A DNA stretch of 62,928 nt, counting the filler, from Stramenopiles sp. TOSAG23-3 (taxonomy: Eukaryota), in the NCBI GenBank assembly GCA_900128585.1. It is 11 parts of 11 records of this genome, joined end to end, with 100 filler letters (N's around TTAATTAATTAA, not from the genome) between each part and the next. Parts side by side here need not be neighbours in the genome. Positions count along the whole stretch, not along the records: positions 8,285 to 16,467 come from LT643053.1; positions 16,568 to 24,740 come from LT643054.1; 9 more parts are not named here. One strand, given 5' to 3'. Below, piece by piece: positions 8,556 to 19,484 of this stretch. The first letter of the stretch is position 1. The number at the start of each line of letters is the position of its first letter. A program made the position numbers and the translations under genes. The notes beneath the pieces are model-generated. The model had not been told where the DNA came from, made no database searches, and saw only the letters and a program-made list of their open reading frames with translations.

Positions 8556-11500
8556 ATGGAGGCGCAACAATTTGAGCAATGCTTGCGGTCGCTGCAAACA
8601 TTGCTGAAATCTCAGAAGAAGGATGGAAAAAAGGGGGGCAAGGCGTTGTCCCTCAAGCGCCAAACGTACAAACAGATAACGCGCTTGCGGACGCATCTGC
8701 GAAAGTCACAGAGAGAGGCCGAAGCAAGAAACAAGAGAAAGGACAAAAGCAGCAACAAGACGACGTTAGAGAGCTTGCAGGTCCACTGCGAGAAACTGCT
8801 GAGCGCGATCGTGCAGCTGCCGCAGCTTCAGAACCAATTGACACGCCCTTTGCGGACTATTGTCGCTGACTGCTACGGTCTGATATATATGGCTGGGTCT
8901 ACGCGGACCATGTTTGATTCTTTGGCGCGGTGGGTTCAGATACTTAACGATAAAAAGACCGTGCGAAACGCCAGGTGCGCCGTGCTGGCGTGTATAGAGA
9001 AGTTGTTTGTAACGCAGGGAAAAAATATTTCGTCGTACCTCCCGGACGTTTTGGGGGCCTGTACGAAGCAGCTAAAGCTGTATTCGCACGAGAACGTGGA
9101 GGTCCGGAAGGGGGCCGTTACTTGCATTTGCGAAGGAGTGTCTTCCTGCGGAACATCTGGAAAGCACGCGCACATGGCTGCGTTGAAATTCTTCAAAATT
9201 GCAACTGGTGACAAGGAGGGTGAGGTCCGCACTTGCGTCGGGAAAGGGGTCGCAAGCCTTGCCCTTGCGTGCAACATTTTTGAGTCTACGCCACTGGAAT
9301 TGATGCTCAACGTGGCAATCAAAGGGGTCGACGATAAAGACGAGAGGGTAAGGTTGTCGTACGCCCGTGCCATCAGCACAATGTTTGCAATTTCTATTTT
9401 AAACCCACCGACGGAGGCAGAAAAGGAAAAAGAATCGAAGCCGGCCAAACAGGGGATTTTTAAAACGGCGAAAAAGAAACCACTATATTTTTCGATGGCT
9501 TCCGCCGTATCTTATTTGTGCGCCAAGATGCAAAAGGCTTCTACCAACAAGTTTCGTTTGGGGATTGCCCATACCATAATCGAATTGATACAGCAGCCTT
9601 ACACGATTGAGATTGTCATGTCCCCGGACATATTGTCAACAATTCTGGACCAACTGCTAGGCCTCGTGAGAGTCGGGACCACGAAACAACAGTCGTCTGC
9701 CGAATATTTAGAATATTCGCAGGCGTTGGTATCGTTTATATGCCGTCGGTCTCTTAGCAAAGGGAGATCAGAACGCCATCTCGGTCTTATCGCTTCGTCC
9801 GTCGTTGATAGATTGCAGCCCGACAAGTCCGACCTGTTAGAAGATTACCAGATAGTGGTCCTGTTGGCGCTGCTCGCTCAGGTGCTGTCCGCTCTTGGGG
9901 ATGCGAGCGGAAGTCTCGGCAAAAAAGCGATGGACGTCTTGGACGACATGGTAGTGCACTCTAACCATTTAGTGCGCCTGGAGGCAGCGGCATGCTGTCG
10001 TTCGCTGATGACGGCGCTTCCAAGCGTTGGGAGTACGATGCTCGACAAGTTGGTCGAAAGGATGGTCGTTGATCACGGGGACCTTGTAAATTTAGCCGTC
10101 ATTGGCAACGGCAGGAAAAAGCCTAGCAAGTCCGACCAGGTTCGCGCAATACAACTTTTAATAGGGCTTCGAGGGCGCAGCCTTGCCGTCGCAGCCCTCC
10201 TGTTGGCCGTCCCTGCTTGCCCTCTTGGGGTTCCTCGCTCAACCACAAACACTGTCCTGTATTTGTCAACGGCCCTTTTGCACCAGTACGCGGACGAAGA
10301 CATGCTGGCCAGCGCGTCGTCGGCCTGTGCCCGGGCTGGTTGGACGCTCGTTGCGGGCGTCATCGGATTGGGTCCTTCGACTATCCGCCCCCATCTTCAG
10401 AATATGATGACTATTTGGAAAGAAGTGTGCCGCCCTAGAGGGCCGCATACGTTGAACCCGACGAAAACGTCTTTGTCCGAGTTAGAAGTCGTTGCTACGG
10501 GAATGGGTGCCTTATCTCTTCTTTTGTCCAGTTGGCCTTCCTTGCAGGTTGACGACGAGGAAGCCATGGGCGAGTGTGTGCAGTGTGTTCTCAACGTGGT
10601 GTCGGCACTATCGCCCCCGCAAAGTTCTTTGGCGGCGCTGGCAAGCAGGAAAAATGTAAAACCCGCCGATGTTGCGTTCATTTCGTTGTACGCCACGTCT
10701 TTGGAGGCCTGCACAAGGCTCGCGCATGCTGGAAAATTGAATTCCGCACTTCCCGCGCTGGTCCAATCCACGGTCAGCGCGTTTATCGACGGCACGTACG
10801 GTCAGACGAGTTTGTTGGATGCTTTACCAATGCTTGATTCAAGCGATGCTGTGTTGCAGGTTGGGGAGCGAAGTTGGCCAGGTATCAATAGAGGACGTGA
10901 TGACGACGCGTACGGGGTAGAAGATGCCGATATACTTCAAGAACCATACCTGTTAGGGCTGGGACGGGATTACTCTGGGCTGAATCCACTCGAGTTGGAG
11001 TTTGCCCTCATCAATGCAATGGCTTGGGCAGCACCAATTGTCGCCAACGGTGCGGGAAAAGGAAAGGAAATTTTGGGCCCGAGGCGATCTTGGCGCCCGA
11101 GTGACTCACCGCCTAGTCCCCGGGCACTCCAAAGGCACGTTGACTCCGCGCTTGGCCTGTTTTGCTCTGTGTTCCCAATTTTGGCCCCTGCCACTCGGCG
11201 ACAAGTTCTGGACGGATTTGTAAAATCTTTGAAAGCTGCCCAAGTCAAAGCGAACGCTACAACTGCATTTGCTGCGCGGAATATTTTAGCGGCAATGCTG
11301 GGGGCAAGCAAGGCCTTGATTGCCCAAGGAGACAATCCCTCACGAAGCAAGGTGGATGAGGCGAAGACTGCCAACGGGAAGCCCAACAATCAGTGGCAGA
11401 GCGTATTTAAAAGCCTCTTAACCAAAGCGTTGAGTATAGAGGACAGCATCGCTCGCCGTGCGGCTGGTGAAGCAATTGGGTACATGGCTCTGGCTCTGAA

Positions 11501-14500
11501 CGACGGTCCATTCGCCAAAGTCGTCGAAAAGACTCTATACGCGCCTTTCAAGTCTCCTGCACCAGGCAAAGCAATCAGTGAGCACTATCGCGCCGGTGCA
11601 GTGTTTGCACTGGCGTGTATTAGAAGGAGACTTGGAAGTATGTACCGGAGCTCCTCGGTCCCATCTCCGTTCTACTACAACCAAGCAAAAGGAACAACGC
11701 AGCCCGTCCGAACTTGGTCGCTCCACTCGTGGTGGATTCTGCTGAACACCATAAGTGTCGATTTCGACAAGTACGTGCAACCAACCATGGCCTTGGTCAA
11801 TGCGCATCTTCTAGCGGGGCGGATAACGGAGAAAGATCGGGAGAAAGAACCTTATGAGGGGCAAACGAATGCTAGTGTTCTAGTTTGCCTCGGGCGATTG
11901 ATAAATTCAATCGCGGGAGGGCTCGGCCCGGATCTTGTTGCCTTCCAGGACACCGACCAACTTTGGGCTTGTTGGGAAGAATTGAAATTGAGTGATTTTG
12001 ATATTATCCAGTCGGAGTGCCTGTCCTTTGTGGAGCAAATTGCCATGTTTTCCCCCCAAGGATTCAATGCTTCTGGAAGCAGTGCCGTGGGTTATAAACT
12101 GCTTGCAAAACGGATCCATGATGGTCGCACAGAAAGCTGTCAACTGCATTCGTAGAATAGTGGAACGCCACAACGACCTGTCGTTTGAAATAGCCCCCTA
12201 TTTGTTTCATGAGTACGACCGGAGGTATTCCGTAATGGAATTTGCCCCCGCAGTAACGTCAATGGGAAACTTTGGAGTGGCTACCCCAGATTCTGATGGT
12301 TCCTCAAAAGCAGCACAAAGAAGTATTTTGACAAACAGCCACGTGCCGGCTCTTAATGCCACGGACGGGGCCGGTTTGGTCATGCTGAGGGCAAAGACTT
12401 CTCCTCGCGGAAGCAACCATGAACTTTCCATGTCGAGACACGCTTTTATCGAAGACATTCGTGATGCATTGGTAGATATGGTATGCCTTAACCACAAAAC
12501 CCCGCCATACTGGACCTCAAACTGGTTCAAAATTATCCAATCTGTCATAATATCAAGCTCAAAAAAGCGTCGGGGATCAAACGCGTCTGCCGATGGAGAG
12601 GAGGACGAAGATACTGACAAACCTAAGAAACGAAAAAAAACAAGACAAGGATCAGAACCTAGTAATAAAAAAGTGCTAGATTTGCCTGAGCCAGACTGGT
12701 GGCCATTAAACGCAGTCAGGTGGCAAACAAAAAATGTTGCTCTGGAGTGCATGCAGAAGCTGGTACGAATGGCGAGTCATTCATGCTTTGCCAAAGAACA
12801 CTTTAATTTGGAAGAAGCAAAGAAAGCATCGGGGGACTACTTAGTTTTGCATCTGCGCGAGATAATTCAAATCGGTTGTATGATGGCGACGTCGTCGACA
12901 GAGGGCGGAGAGCTGTACCAAATGCAAACTCTAGGAATTACTTTCGTTGGGGATATAATCGAGCTGTTTGCACGAACAAAAGATCCTGGCGATCCTTCAG
13001 CAGCACTGTTGCTTCAGTACGAAGCGCAGCTGAATAGTGCACTCCGCCCTTGTTTCAAGAAGGAATCGTACCCCCCATTAACAATACACGCATGTCGCTC
13101 TGTTGCATCCATGATAAGTCTCGGCATCAGTTCGGATGTTGCTATGGCGAGACGTGCAGTCAAAACCTTATTAGCCGGCGCTGACTTGAAAGTTAAACCA
13201 TGTCCTCCAGTAGCAGAAAAACACCAGGAACACGTAACCATGTGCAAGCTGTTAGCAAGGCTTGCGGCATTAGGCACTCTCCAAGTGTCTACTGTCGACC
13301 CGAAACAGCTGGAATGGCCAAGCCTTGATATAGAAAAAAGCGAAAACGATAAGGTAAGGGTGGAGCCTGGAATGCGGAAAGCTCTGTCGAAAGCGTTAGC
13401 ACAATCGCTACCTGATCTGTCGAGGTATTGGTTCACTGCATTGCGAGACTATGTCTCGTTGTACGCCCGAGCAAATGCTGTGATGGGAGGCAAAAATACT
13501 AGAATTCCTGTCCCGGAGAGCAGCCTTCTGGAATACAATGAAGATGCAGCCCAGGTAACTACGGTTTTCGAAGAATTGTGGCCCACAGTTGCAGAGGCAG
13601 TGACTTCTCTTGCTGGGACAAACCTGTGGCCTCTAGATCAAGCATACGGTGACGGCGAGGCGGGTGAAAAAAATATACATGACGACAATTATGATTTAAT
13701 GGTCGGCGTGTGCTTGCGGTATTTAGCCCGGTCCCCGTCTGGTGGGAACATACCGTTGCCGTATATTATTCCAAAAGCCAAGAAGTGTTTTACGGTCCTC
13801 AGGTGGTTGTTTTTGCCTGGATCTATATCGATCACTAGGATTTCTGGGAAATATGCAGTCGAGATTGTAAATGTACTGGCAAACGGTTTGGCACACATTG
13901 AGCAAGGTCATGGTGATATATCCATACTTGGCACGGAGACCATTGCGATGTTGGCACGAAACGGGGCTTGGTTAGACAAGGCATTGAAGCCAACACAGAG
14001 AGAAACCACTTCAGACTATGCCTTGGCACACGCATTTATTGAATTTTCATCAAGAATAATCCACCATCAGATCGCAAGAAGCATCGGCATTCCAATGAAA
14101 GACATATCGGTGTCAGGAAAGATATTAAATGACAGCGGAAGACGCAAACCTCTCATGAAACGAGAACTTCAGAAAGTTATTGCTGCGCTGGAAATCTTGA
14201 CTGGTGTGTTTGCTGCCATGGACGTAGAATGTTTAGACCAGTACCGGCCATCAATAATAAAACTACTTGTATCATCTCAAATTGCCTTTGTTTTTTCTGT
14301 TGGAAATAAATGCCATGAGCTTGTTCCACACTTCCAAAAACTGGCTGATACGATGGTAAGCCGCGATTCAGGCGCGAACGATCACCACTCATACAAGGTT
14401 TACCAGTTGTATGAAAGTGCTGTCAAGTCAGTGGTACATGTTTTGGAACAAATATCAGAGGGCACCATTTTTGACATGGAATCGCCGTCAATGGTGGGAA

Positions 14501-15036
14501 TGCTCTTCGGAACCGCGTTATCTCTCTGTAATTTATGTCGCACTGAAGTCCGACCAACGTTTACTCAGGATATCATGACAGCAGTGAATGGATGTTTGCA
14601 TCCTACTCGCTCTGTGGACATAAACCATGGCGCCGTTGTCTTTGTGCAAAACCTAATAGTTTCTAGTAGTGCGGTCGGTATCACCCCATCGGCCATGATC
14701 GGAGGTGTTGGGCCATTACTAATTCTGCTCCTACGAGAGGACTCGCGGCAACCGGATGACACAGATCTAAAATGTGCGATAATCAAAATACTGGTACAAT
14801 CCGCCTTGCAGATTTGTGACACCCCAGAGTACGCGGATCTGCTCTTCCAAGTTCTAGCCGGGTTCCAGCAAAGCGGCGATAGTCACGATGAAGCCAGCCT
14901 TGTGAGGAAACTGTGCGCTCAATGTGCACTACAACTTCTGAAGACTCCTCATGCACGTTTCAAGAATGCAGTTCAAAAACTTCCTGCTGATGTACAAGGG
15001 TTGTTACAGCAGGGTCTGAAGCGTGTGATGGCTTGA
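8556..15036 (+). CDS. HEATR5: HEAT repeat-containing protein 5 (HEATR5/SWEETIE/Laa1-like AP-1 accessory), split by a 1-nt frameshift at C6 12052-12057
   Basis: Family-like motifs RRAAGEAIG, RAGAVFALACI, VRTWSLHS, CLGRLINSIAGGLGPDL, RWQTK, DYLVLHLREII, LLLQYEAQLNSALRPCF; removing one C gives a single ~2159-aa ORF reading IAMFSPKDSMLLEAVP. Confidence 0.85.
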
Positions 15037-15198
15037 AACGTAAGAAATTCTTTACACTTTTTGAACCCCAGCAATAATTTTAGATATTCATACACCAGAG
15101 ATGTTTCAAAAACAAAATACATGCGTTACACATAATCACACACTAAAAATGATAAAACTTAATGTGGCTTTTCGAAGTTACCTTGTTTATTGTTAGCA

Positions 15199-15221
15199 TA
15201 ACAGCCAATTTTCTTGTTTTT
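15199..15221 (-). promoter_or_regulatory. Copy of recurrent 3'-flank motif (TAACAGCCAATTTTCTTGTTTTT on +)
   Basis: ~80 nt downstream of the - strand stop at 15301. Confidence 0.5.
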
Positions 15222-15300
15222 GAACTTACTAAAGAGTATATATTGATTATTTTATTTTACAAAAACACTAAAGAGTTGTTCTCCCTCCTTTTTGTATTAA

Positions 15301-16467
15301 CTATTGGGACTGTGCACCAAGCAGAAACTGCAGCTTCGTCCGGTTTACTACTTCTGCGTCGCAACTAGACAGAACAGAGAGGTCATTGGCATCTTCAGCA
15401 AATTGATTTTCCTGTTTACGATAGGCCAGCATGCGCTCCTCTATAGAATGTTTCATGTACAAAACATACGTGTTCACATGCTTAGTCTGTCCCATTCGAT
15501 GACAACGGGCAAATGCTTGTTTCTCATCACCAGCTTTTACAAACGGCTCTAGCAGTATAACATTTTGTGCGGCAGTTAGCGTCAGGCCCGCTGCGGCGGC
15601 ACCTGCGTGCAGTAAGAACACTTTGCACGCCCTTTGGGTTGTAAATGTCGCCACCGCACTTTTTTGAAAGGCGGCGTTATCACCCCTGACAATTTTCGTG
15701 TGGGGAATATCTTCTTCCACAAGGACAAAACTTAGGTGTTTGATAGTCGTCACGTACTGCGAAAACACTACAACCTTTTCGTTTTTTGCCGAGCAGGAGT
15801 GTATCATCTGGAGAACTTTTCGAACTTTTGGGGAACGCCGAAGGGGATTCGAGGAAGAGGCTTTTGACGGTGCTTCGATACCAGTGGCAAGTCTCAACGC
15901 GGTCACGAACTCAAGAGACAACGCAGGAAAGCGCCCAATGCGCCTGGCATTTACTTCGCCCAGTGATCGACCGATAACATCAACCTCTTCTTTACTACAC
16001 GCAGATGTAAAAATTGGCCCCGCAGTGTTTTTTGATCGATGCTCTTGTAATATATCACGAATGGATATCGTTTTCGGTTCTTCAACCGCCGTCTTGTTTT
16101 CCTGTTCAGATAAGGACGTGTCTACGCACACAAGTTGACTTGCGGAGAAAGGTTGTCGGCACAACATGCATGGCGCGTACTTCTCGCGGGCAATTGCGAC
16201 TGCACCCTGACGCATTGCGCGTTGCCGCGCCTCAGCACGGCGGCGAGTTTCCTCATCAAGCATTGGCGCTGCCTGCAGCCAGCTGCAAATGCATTCTGCA
16301 CAAGCCAAATGTACACATCGGGTAAACGTTGGCCTTTTCACCGGGCCGTAACAAATAGCACAAGTTGCGGAAGTGTCTCCTTCCATTATTTTCTGGAGAT
16401 TCGAAAACCCATTCTGTTCTACAGAATCTGAACTTGATGTTCCATGGCCAGCGCCGATGGCCCACAA
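15301..16467 (-). CDS. RAD5/RAD16/SHPRH-type SNF2 helicase, C-terminal part (RING + helicase C); 5' partial
   Basis: RING CAIC..CVHLACAEC..CMLC; KVVVFSQY; AAGLTLTAAQNVILLEP; QAFARCHRMGQ; frame is open to the contig edge. Confidence 0.92.
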   Translation of the reverse strand: MWAIGAGHGTSSSDSVEQNGFSNLQKIMEGDTSATCAICYGPVKRPTFTRCVHLACAECICSWLQAAPMLDEETRRRAEARQRAMRQGAVAIAREKYAPCMLCRQPFSASQLVCVDTSLSEQENKTAVEEPKTISIRDILQEHRSKNTAGPIFTSACSKEEVDVIGRSLGEVNARRIGRFPALSLEFVTALRLATGIEAPSKASSSNPLRRSPKVRKVLQMIHSCSAKNEKVVVFSQYVTTIKHLSFVLVEEDIPHTKIVRGDNAAFQKSAVATFTTQRACKVFLLHAGAAAAGLTLTAAQNVILLEPFVKAGDEKQAFARCHRMGQTKHVNTYVLYMKHSIEERMLAYRKQENQFAEDANDLSVLSSCDAEVVNRTKLQFLLGAQSQ

Positions 16468-16585
16468 NNNNNNNNNNNNNNNNNNNNNNNNNNNNNNNNN
16501 NNNNNNNNNNNTTAATTAATTAANNNNNNNNNNNNNNNNNNNNNNNNNNNNNNNNNNNNNNNNNNNNTCGTATCCAAAGCGAACG

Positions 16586-18904
16586 ATGGCGTTTGGTAGG
16601 AGCCGATCCCTTGCTTCGCCAGCAGCAAAGCCTCGGCGGCGAGCAAGGAGCAGTGGTCGATTTTCTCGGAAGAAAGGGGGATCACGCCGTGGGCAACGGT
16701 TCAATGACAGCTTTGAGGATAGTTTTGAGGATGATGACGAGGGGGGTGCCTATAGGAGGCGAAGCAGAAGGCAGCACCGTGAGACACCCACGCCACAGTG
16801 GAGGAACAGCCTGTCCCCCACCCGGAGCCAACGGAAGAGGGAGAGGCGCGGGAGCCGGGAGTACGGGGACCCGTCCCCGCGGCAGCTGAGCCGAAGCCTA
16901 GACGACGATATCATCGCATTTTTGAACAGCTCCCCACGGCACAACGAACGGGCCGGGGGCGGGTTCGACGACAAGGTCACGGCTATCCTGCAGAACTCCA
17001 GGGGCGCCCCGCCCGGGGACGACAGCGGCGGCGACGACCACGACGGCGGCGTCGGGGAAGACTCGTTTCTGAAAGAAATCCGCGACGAGGACGCCAGGCT
17101 GTTCCCGGAGGACGAGAGCCAATTCCAGGTTGGCTCCGAGGCGGGGCAGGCCGACCCAGCGTGGTACTCCCCGAAACGGTCTGCGAAACGAATCCATTTC
17201 GCGGACGAAGTCCTGACCGCAAGCCCGACTCACACGATCTACTCCACCGGCAGCGCTCGGAAAGACGATCCGCGCCGTGGCGAAAATCCCGTGCAACGGA
17301 AAAAATCGGGTGCCGTTCAGAAACGGAAAGGCTCGTCGGCGTCGGCATCTCGCATTTACGGGACGACCAAACCCCACAGGAGACCGAAGAAGGCGCCCGG
17401 GGCCAGTTCGCGCCTGTTTGCCCCGACGGCAAGCAGCGCGAACATGTCCAGGAGAAGCCAGCGAGGGGGCGGCGCTCCCCGTGCCCGCCCTCCGAGACGC
17501 GCAGCGGCCAAGAGGAAGAAAAAAACAAAGCGGAAGAAGAAGAAGACAGGGTCGCGGGTTGCTTCGACGAGCGAAGTGATACTAGATCGATCGTTGGCCC
17601 CGAAGCTTCCGCCGTCCCCGTCCAGGCTCGTGAATGCGAAAGAGACCATCAAAGCATGGTCGAAGGAGGAAGTCACGTCCACGAAACCAAAGAATAAATT
17701 TTCTTCCCTGGAACGCCCATCATCCGCGGGGGCCAGGCTGGTCCACAGCTTCAGTGGCGGGAGCGTCACCGAAGCCCGGGCGAACAAGTTAAATAGTAAG
17801 GTGAAATTGCAAAAGAAAAAGCTGAACACGTTCAAACTGCGGCTTTCCGGGTCCGAAGGGGCCATCGAAGCCCTGCAGAAGCAAATCCGGGCTCGCGACT
17901 TGCACATCGCCGAGCTCAGGGCCATGGTGAAGAAGAGAGAGCGCGCGCTTGTCGTTAGCAAGAATGCCCAAGCAACCGATGCCGCAAACACCAGCGGGCT
18001 CCTGAATCTGTCAACCGACAGCATTCGTTCCGTCGGGTCCACCAAGAGCTCCGCGAGCACCTCGATGCGAAACAGAAAGGAACAGACAAAGCTGGGGAAA
18101 CAGTTGAAGGAGACCCAGCGGCAGATGAAAGAGTTTCGCCGACGCGAAACGCGCGCCGTGGAGATTCATGGGGCCCTCCGGGCAACCATTGACAAAATGA
18201 GAAAAGGGAAGGACGACTTAGGGGACCAAGTGGACGAGCTGACGGCGACGGTCAGGAATCTTAAACGAAGCCTGGAGGCGGAGAGGAAATACAACAAAGA
18301 GTTGATCCGGACGAACATGGGGGAGAGCGAAAACCTAAAGCTGCAGGCGAACAACACGGGGGCAAGCAACAGGATTCTGCGGCAGGAAGTGTCCCGTTTG
18401 AAAGCGTCGCTTGATATCACACGGAGCGCGGTGAAGTCGAAGAACCATGAGCTGGAACGTTTGCGAAAAGAGGTGGAAAAGTACAAGCACGAGAACGGGA
18501 ACCTGTACGTGCAGGTGAAGACTGCCACAATGAAGCGCCGGCTCGACGATTTGAAGAAGGGGGGCTCGGAGGACGACGACGACAGTGACGACTACGGAAC
18601 GTTGGGAGACAGTGGCCCCGTCGCAAAGCCGGCCGCGAGCCGCTTTGCGGACAGCAGCGATAGCAGCGACGAGGAGGAGGACGATAAACCGACCTTCCGC
18701 ACCATTGCCCCCATCGTAGAGACCGGCGTGCTCGAGGCAGCGAAAGCCGACATTGCCATGTCAACAGCTCGATTCAACCGAGTTAAATCGATGTACGAGC
18801 GAATGCAAGGGAAAGGGAAAAACAAAAGCGGGAACAATGGTATTAGTCGGGAGGAGGGAATCACGAATTTGAGCCCTGCCATGGGCACCGAAGTCATGTT
18901 ATGA
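16586..18904 (+). CDS. Large disordered plus coiled-coil protein, function unknown (start may lie beyond the contig edge)
   Basis: 772-aa ORF, GC-rich, with an R/S-rich N-half and a heptad-rich C-half. Confidence 0.8.
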   Translation: MAFGRSRSLASPAAKPRRRARSSGRFSRKKGGSRRGQRFNDSFEDSFEDDDEGGAYRRRSRRQHRETPTPQWRNSLSPTRSQRKRERRGSREYGDPSPRQLSRSLDDDIIAFLNSSPRHNERAGGGFDDKVTAILQNSRGAPPGDDSGGDDHDGGVGEDSFLKEIRDEDARLFPEDESQFQVGSEAGQADPAWYSPKRSAKRIHFADEVLTASPTHTIYSTGSARKDDPRRGENPVQRKKSGAVQKRKGSSASASRIYGTTKPHRRPKKAPGASSRLFAPTASSANMSRRSQRGGGAPRARPPRRAAAKRKKKTKRKKKKTGSRVASTSEVILDRSLAPKLPPSPSRLVNAKETIKAWSKEEVTSTKPKNKFSSLERPSSAGARLVHSFSGGSVTEARANKLNSKVKLQKKKLNTFKLRLSGSEGAIEALQKQIRARDLHIAELRAMVKKRERALVVSKNAQATDAANTSGLLNLSTDSIRSVGSTKSSASTSMRNRKEQTKLGKQLKETQRQMKEFRRRETRAVEIHGALRATIDKMRKGKDDLGDQVDELTATVRNLKRSLEAERKYNKELIRTNMGESENLKLQANNTGASNRILRQEVSRLKASLDITRSAVKSKNHELERLRKEVEKYKHENGNLYVQVKTATMKRRLDDLKKGGSEDDDDSDDYGTLGDSGPVAKPAASRFADSSDSSDEEEDDKPTFRTIAPIVETGVLEAAKADIAMSTARFNRVKSMYERMQGKGKNKSGNNGISREEGITNLSPAMGTEVML

Positions 18905-19080
18905 GGGTGAAGTGATTAGAATTGTTATTTTGCACTACTAAATTTTAATAAATATAGCTTTTGGATACTTGGAGTAAGTCGGTTGGTCAGGTCAACTTTA
19001 ACCACACAGAAGTTTTGTAGATATTATATAGTCTGTCTGTTGTTTTCTCTTGTACTACCTATGGTACCCGTATTATACCT

Positions 19081-19105
19081 GGTACAGGTACCTGGTACCT
19101 GTACC
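19081..19105. repeat. 25-bp palindrome GGTACAGGTACC-T-GGTACCTGTACC
   Basis: Perfect 12-bp arms. Confidence 0.85.
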
Positions 19106-19484
19106 TATTCAAGAATTCCTTCCTATAGCTTGTAACCTGTAAAACACAGAAGGCAATTTAAAATATCCAACAACGATCTGACTGATTGAAGAAACTGACT
19201 GCAAATAAAATCATACCAAGGTACAACAGCATCAAATCCCTTCTCTACTATCTAGTCTACTACCACTTCTTCGTAATTTAATAACGTAGTAGTAACCAAC
19301 CAATTACTATGAGAGATGACGATGATGGTTGGACGATCGCAGCTAAAACACTAGTTTCATTGCTTTCAACAGAACATCTGAATGACACCAACTCAAACAT
19401 GCTTCAGTTCAAAATAAATAATGTGAACGTATTTGTAGAAGGAACGTTTGTATTTGGTAAACTAATCGGGAACGGCCTTGCTCA

